From a bacterium (GTDB lineage Bacteria > Krumholzibacteriota > Krumholzibacteriia > LZORAL124-64-63): DNA of 52,702 nucleotides. The position numbers and the translations under genes are program-made. How positions within the stretch are numbered: position 1 is the first letter of the stretch; each line of letters starts with the position of its first letter. Location: NCBI GenBank assembly GCA_043823125.1, contig JBDRBC010000437.1:1-52702 (forward strand), in the 5' to 3' direction. Positions 46,304 to 52,702 of this stretch are shown here, piece by piece. Under the pieces are notes generated by a model. That model was not told the DNA's origin, searched no databases, and was given only the letters and a program-made list of their open reading frames with translations.

Positions 46304-48630
46304 GAGACCTCCTGTCTGTGCCGTGTTTCGTGTCCCGGAAACGCCTCGGGCAGCAGCACCCGGAACCGCGTGCGGTTTCCTTCCCGCTCCGCCTCGATCT
46401 CTCCCCCGTGGGCCGCCACGATCTTGCGACAGATCGACAACCCGAGCCCCGTCCCGGTGCTCTTGGTGGTGAAGAAGGGACGGAAGATCTTCTCGTGATC
46501 CGCTGGTTGGAAGCCAGCTCCAGAATCGGTCACTTCCAAAACCGTACCCGCCGTGAGTTGACTCGTCCCGCTCCGGCCGTCGGTCAATTCCATGGCGCCT
46601 GCCCGCTGCAACCGCAGGTACACCGTGCCACTCTCTGGCGAAGCATCCACGGCGTTGATGAGCAGGTTGAGCAGAACCTGCTTGATCTGACCACCATCCA
46701 GCTGTTGCAGCCATGCTGTCGCCTCGGCAGCGGCCGGTTCCAGTTCCAGCTGGAGAGCAACCTGTTTCTCGCTCGCCTTGGGGCGCACGAGATCCAGACA
46801 GTCATATGCAAGACGGAGCAGATCGGCAGCGTCGAGCTGCGGCTCGTACGGACGGACGAAATTCAACAGGCGGTTGATGGTGTCGTTGATCCGCTCCACT
46901 TCCGAAGTGATGACATCGATGTAGCGCGCGCGTTCGTCGCCGGCCGGCAACTGATCCGCCAGCAGTTCGGCCTGGGCGCTCAGCCCCATGAGCGGGTTCC
47001 GGATCTCGTGAGCCAGGGTCGCCGACATCTCCACCAGCCCTTCGAGCCGGTCCGCGCGGACCCGTTCCGCTTCCAGTTTCTTCCCCTCGCGCAGATCCTC
47101 GGCCACCACCACGAGCCACTGTTCTCCGTGTCCCCGTCCCGCCATGAGTGACGTCTGCACCAGGACCGGCACCGCCTCGCCATCGGCCCGGACGACCCGC
47201 CCCTCGCCCCGGAACGGCGTATCTTCCAGGGCCCAGAGCTGGCTGAAGAGCACCCCTTGCAGGTCATCGAGCCGCAGGAGTCCATCCAGGAACAGTTCAG
47301 GATGCTCCACTTCCCGGAGCAGCTCACTGGGAACCGGGGCGCGGGTCTGGATTCGCTTGCTTTCGCAACCGCGCCCCCGGCCGATTCCGGGCTGGATGTT
47401 GAGGGCCACCGGACCCGTCACGTCGGATTTCCCGGTCAGGATGGAGCGCGCGGTGCGGTTGCAATAAATGGTGCGGCCCTGCTCGTCCAGCACCCAGATG
47501 CCGCTACGAACCGTCTCCAGTACCCGAGCGTTGAAGGACCCGATCTCGCGCAACCGGTCGAGCATCTGCGCGCCGGCCACCTCTTCGGCCAGAATCACCT
47601 GGACCGCCTGGAGGAACGGGAGCTGGTTGTTGGTCGACGACTCGCGGTGCCGATGGTCACGATCCAGCAACAGCAGATACCCGAGCCGCAACCCCTGGTG
47701 CTCCAGCGGCAGGGCGATGATCCGACGGGATGGCAGATCCCGATTCTCGGCCTCCGCCTCCAGACGAAAAATTCCCGGCGCCAGCAATCCTTCGGCGACC
47801 TTGCTGGATATCTTGTCCTCGAGACTGACCAGCACCCGATCCCAGGCGGTCTCTTCCCACTGGTAGGTTTGCCGGGGTGAATAGCTGCCGCCCGGCGCCG
47901 ACCGCAAGATCAACGCGGCTCCTTCGGCGCCGATGAACTGCGCCAGATGTTCCAGGATGTTCTTGAGGGTGGCGTCCCAGTTTTCCGCGGCGCTGAGCTC
48001 ACGGCCGAACTGGTAGAGCAACGAAAGCTGCGCCATGTGATCGGACAGCTCACGATTGGCCTCTTTCAGATCGTGTTGCGCCGCGATGAGCTGTTCGCCC
48101 ACCTCGGCCACCTGATCCTGGAGGCGACGGCGGTGCAGATGGAGTTGCCGACTGGTGGCTTCCGACTGGGACAAGACCAGCTGACTCGTGGCCACCAGCC
48201 GCGATCGGCTCTGGACCCGCGCCAGCAGTCCGGCCCAGGCCGTTTCGGTCACCGGAACCGGAATGGCATCAAACAGCCCCCGCCGGAACAGGGTGGCGCA
48301 CTGCCTGACTGAGAGGGTGTGATACAGCAGAACCGGCAGCACCTCCGGATTCCGCTCCAGCAAAACTTCGAGCTGGTCGCCGAGACGTGACGGCGCCGAG
48401 TCGGCCGCAACGTGGTCGCCGTGGATCAACACCATACGCGGCGCCATCCCTACCGTCGCGGCGGACGGCGTGTCAACGGGTGTAGCGGCCGGAGGTATCT
48501 GGTCCAGCGACAAGACAGACGTGAATTCGCCGGTCCGGGACACAGGTATCCCCGGCCAGTGCTCCGGGCCGACGCAAACCGTCCCGTCCGGCAAGTCCAG
48601 CGTCTGTGCAAATGGATCCCGATCATCCAT
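46300..48630 (-). CDS. Cytoplasmic sensor histidine kinase (pseudo-REC, coiled coil, GAF, PAS, HisKA, HATPase)
   Basis: LAHEIRNPL, QVLLNLLINAVDA, DSGAG and PFFTTKSTGTGLGL. No TM segment. Confidence 0.93.
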   Translation of the reverse strand: MDDRDPFAQTLDLPDGTVCVGPEHWPGIPVSRTGEFTSVLSLDQIPPAATPVDTPSAATVGMAPRMVLIHGDHVAADSAPSRLGDQLEVLLERNPEVLPVLLYHTLSVRQCATLFRRGLFDAIPVPVTETAWAGLLARVQSRSRLVATSQLVLSQSEATSRQLHLHRRRLQDQVAEVGEQLIAAQHDLKEANRELSDHMAQLSLLYQFGRELSAAENWDATLKNILEHLAQFIGAEGAALILRSAPGGSYSPRQTYQWEETAWDRVLVSLEDKISSKVAEGLLAPGIFRLEAEAENRDLPSRRIIALPLEHQGLRLGYLLLLDRDHRHRESSTNNQLPFLQAVQVILAEEVAGAQMLDRLREIGSFNARVLETVRSGIWVLDEQGRTIYCNRTARSILTGKSDVTGPVALNIQPGIGRGRGCESKRIQTRAPVPSELLREVEHPELFLDGLLRLDDLQGVLFSQLWALEDTPFRGEGRVVRADGEAVPVLVQTSLMAGRGHGEQWLVVVAEDLREGKKLEAERVRADRLEGLVEMSATLAHEIRNPLMGLSAQAELLADQLPAGDERARYIDVITSEVERINDTINRLLNFVRPYEPQLDAADLLRLAYDCLDLVRPKASEKQVALQLELEPAAAEATAWLQQLDGGQIKQVLLNLLINAVDASPESGTVYLRLQRAGAMELTDGRSGTSQLTAGTVLEVTDSGAGFQPADHEKIFRPFFTTKSTGTGLGLSICRKIVAAHGGEIEAEREGNRTRFRVLLPEAFPGHETRHRQEVS

Positions 48631-48680
48631 GATCGTCTCGTACGGTGTTGTACAGTGGATCGCTTTCCGTGGCGCTGCCT

Positions 48681-48709
48681 ACTGTAAGGATATTGACCAC
48701 TCCGGGCAA
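48681..48709 (-). promoter_or_regulatory. Possible sigma70 promoter of the kinase-regulator pair
   Basis: TTGCCC-N17-TACAGT on the minus strand. Confidence 0.45.
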
Positions 48710-48758
48710 CTAAAAAAGTGCGCGATGAGCAAAATTTAGGAGGGGGGTAAAATCCGAG

Positions 48759-48796
48759 AAAAAAAGAACCCGGAGTGGTTGAAAAACTCCGGGTTC
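48759..48796 (-). terminator. Rho-independent terminator after flgM
   Basis: 11-bp perfect stem GAACCCGGAGT/ACTCCGGGTTC followed by T7 on the minus strand. Confidence 0.88.
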
Positions 48797-48829
48797 CGAA
48801 CCATTCCGAACTTTCCAGAACGAACAGGA

Positions 48830-49204
48830 TCAATCGAGCAGTGTCTCCAATTTCTTCAGAACGGCGCCGAGCCGGCCGGCCACATCCTGGCGAACCTCAT
48901 CGGAATTGTAGTACCCCGATTCCAGTCGCTCCCGGGCCTGGGCAATCCGGTCCTGACGGACATCGGGAACGGACTCCATGGCGCGCTGCCCGGCTTTGTG
49001 CAGCGTGCTCAGGTCCTCCAGTTTCCGGGCATTCTCGGATATCTCGGCCCGATCGGCGGGGGCGGATCCCGGCCCTACATTGAGCGTCCCGTCATCCGGG
49101 GACCCGGTTTCGTTCTGCCGACGGGTTTTGCCGGCACTCTTCTGGAACTGTTCCAGGATTCCTGGCTGTACATGCGATGGCCTGTCGATGTTGTTCATGG
49201 CCAT
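48830..49204 (-). CDS. flgM: Anti-sigma28 factor FlgM
   Basis: DRAEISENAR...VPDVRQDRIAQARERLESGYY...DVAGRL, with a sigma28 promoter upstream. Confidence 0.9.
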   Translation of the reverse strand: MAMNNIDRPSHVQPGILEQFQKSAGKTRRQNETGSPDDGTLNVGPGSAPADRAEISENARKLEDLSTLHKAGQRAMESVPDVRQDRIAQARERLESGYYNSDEVRQDVAGRLGAVLKKLETLLD

Positions 49205-49472
49205 TACGAAACCTTCCGCTTGACCGAGGGTGGCGCAGTTCGTGTGACTGCAGGTTGTCGAACTGACCACGGATCTTAGCAATCTCGATTCCCGTCAGCA
49301 ACCGTTTTCCCGGAAGATGTCTGGTCAGGCCATTTTCCTGAGCCAGCTCCATTATTCCGGTGATTACCTGCCTTTTGCGGACTGACGATTTTTCGACTTG
49401 CCCGGTCGGTTGTCCTGCTTGGTTGTGTTTGCTTCCAGATGGGTGGTCACTGTCTGACCACCTTAAACCGAA

Positions 49473-49499
49473 ATATCGACAATTACCGGCAAAACTTTA
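49473..49499 (-). promoter_or_regulatory. Sigma28 promoter of flgM
   Basis: TAAA-N15-GTCGATAT. Confidence 0.8.
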
Positions 49500-49523
49500 G
49501 GTTGTACTGCCGGGCTCTTCAGG

Positions 49524-50684
49524 TCATTTGGTGTCGAGTACGGTTCCGACCTGGTCGTCGAGCGCCGCCGTACACTGTTTCGCCAGCTCCTGCGCCACCT
49601 GCCAATCCGGACACCGCTTGGCCAGCTTGCGGGACAGTTCTGCCGCCGCCTCCAGTTTTCCGCCCAACAGGAGCAGACGGCACTTCTGCAGCAACAGTAC
49701 CGGTTTGGGGCCGAACAGATTCAGCGCTTGCTGGAGTTGCTGCGCGACATCCGTCCAGCGCCCCCGGCTGACCGATACATCCAGCAGCTCGATCCAACCC
49801 TGCAACCAGCGTGGACGTTGGGTCACCACCCAGCCCAGCTCGTTGCTCGCGGCGAGCAGATCGCCTTCCTGACGGAGGATTCGCGCCAGCAGCAGGCTCG
49901 CGCTGACCACCGCGTTGTCCACCTCCCCGGTCCGTTCCAGGGAGCGGAGTAAATCTTTGGCTTCCGCCGGCCGTTTTTCCTCCAGCAGCCTGCTGGCCAT
50001 TTCCAGTGTCACCTGGGGATCGTCCGGATTGTCTCGCCATTTCTGGCGTACCAGCTGGCCGTAGAGTTCGTATCGGCGTCTTGTCACCTCCGGAGACCGG
50101 ACGTGGCCGTAGTGGTGAACCGGCGCCTCGAGATATTTGACCGGAAGCCCGAGTCGGGTGACGTCACGATCCACGCCTTCGTGCACTCGCCCTTCGTAGC
50201 GGAGATCCGGTCGTTGGGGAAACAGCCGGATGATGTTGCTGACCACGAAGCCGTGTTGTCCGCGTTCCTGTTCGGGATACCGTTTGGCCACCGGCTGCCA
50301 CCCCGGCAGACCGCTCCGCGAAGTGTAATTCCATTGCGGCAACACGAAACAGCACGGTTCGGCGTCCAAAACCGCCTGGCGAATCAGACCCAGGTCACTG
50401 GCGTCGATTCTCTCGTCGGCATCGAGGGTCAGGATCCACCGGCCACGAGCCTGGTCCAGGCCCCGATTCCGCGCCGCGGCGAAGTCGTCGCACCAGGGGA
50501 ACGTGATGACCCGGGCACCCGCTTGTGATGCCACTGTCGTGGTGTCGTCACTGGATCCGGTATCCACCACCAAGGCTTCGTCGTACAACGGCGCATGGTC
50601 AGCCAGAACCTGCGCCACCATTTCGGCTTCGTTCTTGACGATCAATACCAGCGTTATGACCGGAACCTGCATCGTGCTCCTCAT
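49524..50684 (-). CDS. GT2 glycosyltransferase with C-terminal TPRs (putative flagellin glycosyltransferase)
   Basis: IVKNEA, VVDTGSSDDT, WCDDFAAARN, LDADE, YEGRVHE and HYG. Confidence 0.93.
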   Translation of the reverse strand: MRSTMQVPVITLVLIVKNEAEMVAQVLADHAPLYDEALVVDTGSSDDTTTVASQAGARVITFPWCDDFAAARNRGLDQARGRWILTLDADERIDASDLGLIRQAVLDAEPCCFVLPQWNYTSRSGLPGWQPVAKRYPEQERGQHGFVVSNIIRLFPQRPDLRYEGRVHEGVDRDVTRLGLPVKYLEAPVHHYGHVRSPEVTRRRYELYGQLVRQKWRDNPDDPQVTLEMASRLLEEKRPAEAKDLLRSLERTGEVDNAVVSASLLLARILRQEGDLLAASNELGWVVTQRPRWLQGWIELLDVSVSRGRWTDVAQQLQQALNLFGPKPVLLLQKCRLLLLGGKLEAAAELSRKLAKRCPDWQVAQELAKQCTAALDDQVGTVLDTK

Positions 50685-51676
50685 ACGGAATCAAAACCCC
50701 AGACGGCCAGCTTGCACTGCCCTTCGTGAACCGAGCCGTCGGGATCGACCCTGCCCAACCAGGCGTGCACACCTTCCGCCCCGTCCGGGGGCATGTCGGT
50801 ATTTGCGGCGGCGGCTCCCGCCCGCAAGAGGTCGACATTCAACACTTTCCAGAGACCGCTGGGAAACGCACGGCATCCGGCCGACTGCTGCTGCAGCAGA
50901 TCGCGGAGCGGCTTGGCCCCCTGGGGCGCCAGCAGCCAGCGTTCGACACCACTGCCGTGGACCTGGGCCAGCAAGCGAGTCAGTGTTGCCGGATCGCCGC
51001 CCCATTCCAGACCGTAGCGCGGGAAGTCAGCTCCCTTGCCGCAAAAGAGATACGCCTGGAGTGTCTGCTCCGCATCCACGAGCACCCAACCCTCGGTTCC
51101 CGGCATGTCGTAGAGCTGTTTGGCCTCGCCGTCGCGGCGGACGGTACGGTAGGAACAGGCAGCGTGGAGATCGCTGATGGCAGTCACGTCGCTGGTCTGG
51201 TACCTGCGGACCACGAATCCTGCCGACAGGGCCCGCTCCGTCGGTCGCCAGGTCGCCAGATCCAGGTGGTACTCCACGCCCGCCTCGACGAAACCACGCC
51301 CGGCGTAGTACTCCGGGTGATCGCTCCAGAGAACGGCCAACGGGACACCGCGCTGACAGAGATGGTCCAGCACCGCCTCTTGCAGCCGGCGGCTGTGGCC
51401 GTTTCCCCGATGGTCCGGATGGGTCACGACACTGCCGATGCCGGCCACTTCAAGCCGCCCCACCGAGGTGAGGAACGGGCGGACCAGCGTGGCCAGACAG
51501 GCGACGACGTTTCCTTCGGCAATCACCCCGAATATCCCCTCCAGGTTGTCCCTGCCGAGGGCGATGGGGAAATCGTCAGCCGGACCGGTCTCACTCCCAG
51601 GTGGCCGTATCTCAGCCGTCACCAGGTCGAGCACCACCGGGTGTTCATCAGGTCTAATGTTCCTTATCGCAACCAC
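50681..51676 (-). CDS. GNAT N-acetyltransferase (Eis-like tandem GNAT)
   Basis: AGIGSVVTHPDHRGNGHSRRL, LAVLWS and YYAGRGF. Confidence 0.88.
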   Translation of the reverse strand: MVAIRNIRPDEHPVVLDLVTAEIRPPGSETGPADDFPIALGRDNLEGIFGVIAEGNVVACLATLVRPFLTSVGRLEVAGIGSVVTHPDHRGNGHSRRLQEAVLDHLCQRGVPLAVLWSDHPEYYAGRGFVEAGVEYHLDLATWRPTERALSAGFVVRRYQTSDVTAISDLHAACSYRTVRRDGEAKQLYDMPGTEGWVLVDAEQTLQAYLFCGKGADFPRYGLEWGGDPATLTRLLAQVHGSGVERWLLAPQGAKPLRDLLQQQSAGCRAFPSGLWKVLNVDLLRAGAAAANTDMPPDGAEGVHAWLGRVDPDGSVHEGQCKLAVWGFDSV

Positions 51677-51734
51677 TTCACTCCACTGCCGAAAAGGTCA
51701 GACTCCGCAATCGGGTGGTCTTTCCCGGTTCCGC

Positions 51735-51750
51735 ATCAAGCCACATGCCA
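51735..51750 (-). promoter_or_regulatory. Possible sigma54 promoter of GNAT-GT2
   Basis: TGGCAT-GTGGC-TTGAT (the -12 GC is replaced by GA). Confidence 0.5.
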
Positions 51751-51769
51751 ACTTTCCCGCAATTTCATC

Positions 51770-51797
51770 TAAAGGTCTCGCCGCTCCGTGTCGATAA
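51770..51797 (+). promoter_or_regulatory. Sigma28 promoter of flagellin
   Basis: TAAA-N16-GTCGATAA. Confidence 0.85.
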
Positions 51798-51900
51798 CGT
51801 GGGTGTACGAGCACCAAGAACGCACCAGCAGAACCGGGAACGTTCGAGCGATGAACCCGAAGGAAAGGAGCAAGCCCCCAACCATAATCCCACATTCAGG

Positions 51901-51960
51901 CAACCCGAGGAATTACGGGTTGAAGGGCAAGGAAGTCCAAACCGCTTTCATGGAGGAAAG
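51901..51960 (+). promoter_or_regulatory. CsrA-type GGA-loop hairpins in the flagellin 5' UTR
   Basis: CAACCCG-AGGAATTA-CGGGTTG, GGGC-AAGGAA-GTCC, and CTTTC-ATGGAG-GAAAG, the last overlapping the SD. Confidence 0.7.
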
Positions 51961-51965
51961 AAACA

Positions 51966-52702
51966 ATGGGACTCAGAATCAACACGAACATCCAGTCAAT
52001 CAACGCACAGCGTAACCTGTACAACACCACCACCACGCTCAACAAATCCCTGGAGAAGCTCAGTTCCGGTCTGCGGATCAACCGATCCAGCGACGACGCT
52101 GCCGGTCTGGCCATCTCCGAGAGCTTGAAGTCCGACATCCGCGCGCTGACGCAGGCGTCACGGAACGCGGCTGATGGTATCTCCCTGGTGCAGACGGCTG
52201 AAGGTGCCCTCGATGAGGTCAGCGGCATCATCCTGCGTTTGCGTGAACTGGGCCAGCAGGCAGCGACCGAGACCCTCGGCTCGCAGGAACGGGATTACCT
52301 GGACAACGAATTCCAGGCTCTGGTGGGCGAGATCAACCGAATCAGCGACTCCACCGAATTCAACGGCATGTTCCTGTTGAACGGCGGTGGGGGGAGCATG
52401 GACGTCCAGGTCGGCATGGGCACCGGTGCCAGTTCCCAGATCACCCTGGACATGAGCGACGACATGGACGCCGCGGCCCTGGGCCTTACCGCCTCGACGG
52501 TGAACATTCAGGGAACGGACAACACGGCGGCCACGACGGCTCTTGGCTATGTCACGGCGGCCACGAGCACGGTCAGCGCCAAGCGCGCCGCGTTCGGTTC
52601 CTCCCAGAACCGGCTGGAGACCGCCATTAGTAACATCGGTACGCAGGTGGAGAACCTCTCCGCCGCCAACTCGCGTATCCGGGACGTGGACATCGCGGTG
52701 GA
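51966..52702 (+). CDS. fliC: Flagellin (3' end truncated by the window)
   Basis: Manual translation: MGLRINTNIQSINAQRNL...LEKLSSGLRINRSSDDAAGLAISE...QTAEGAL...QNRLE...ENLSAANSRIRDVD. Confidence 0.98.
   Translation, partial: MGLRINTNIQSINAQRNLYNTTTTLNKSLEKLSSGLRINRSSDDAAGLAISESLKSDIRALTQASRNAADGISLVQTAEGALDEVSGIILRLRELGQQAATETLGSQERDYLDNEFQALVGEINRISDSTEFNGMFLLNGGGGSMDVQVGMGTGASSQITLDMSDDMDAAALGLTASTVNIQGTDNTAATTALGYVTAATSTVSAKRAAFGSSQNRLETAISNIGTQVENLSAANSRIRDVDIAV

Noticed and set aside
46304-46714. N-terminal extension of the 619-aa regulator ORF (and similar extensions of purC, comEC, fliI, fliH and the small kinase)
   Set aside because: These extensions overlap upstream genes or promoters. 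The true starts lie at downstream ATG/GTG codons with an RBS or stop-start coupling.
1-52702. tRNA/rRNA, CRISPR arrays, transposases, integrases or prophage
   Set aside because: None were recognised. The window is densely coding with short regulatory gaps.

Overview
High-GC bacterial window, almost entirely on the minus strand. The left ~15.5 kb holds housekeeping and envelope genes: a truncated exported protein, an M6 (InhA-like) metalloprotease with a C-terminal FlgD-Ig/T9SS-type sorting domain, purH, purC, comEC, a GGDEF diguanylate cyclase, an MltD-like lytic transglycosylase, a PorV-like barrel and a sigma54 activator. The remaining ~37 kb is a flagellar supercluster (fliA, flhF-like, flhAB, fliRQP, fliONML, motBA, flbD, flgED, fliK, motE-like, fliJIHGFE, flgCB, two kinase/sigma54-regulator pairs, flgN-like, flgM, a GT2-TPR and GNAT pair, and the start of a flagellin). 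Readable sigma70, sigma54, sigma28, IHF and CsrA-type sites outline its regulatory hierarchy. PorV, the sorting domain and the activator type suggest an FCB-superphylum organism (inference, possibly Krumholzibacteriota/Latescibacterota-like). The most unusual item is a FliA (sigma28) with a ~65-aa C-terminal extension ending in a hydrophobic, tail-anchor-like segment. It sits beside a GTPase-degenerate FlhF with no flhG, a FliM lacking the CheY-binding motif, and a sensor-less kinase with an atypical H-box. Together these suggest a non-canonical flagellar control system. No RNA genes, CRISPR arrays or mobile elements were recognised. All calls come from motif recognition by eye, not from database searches.
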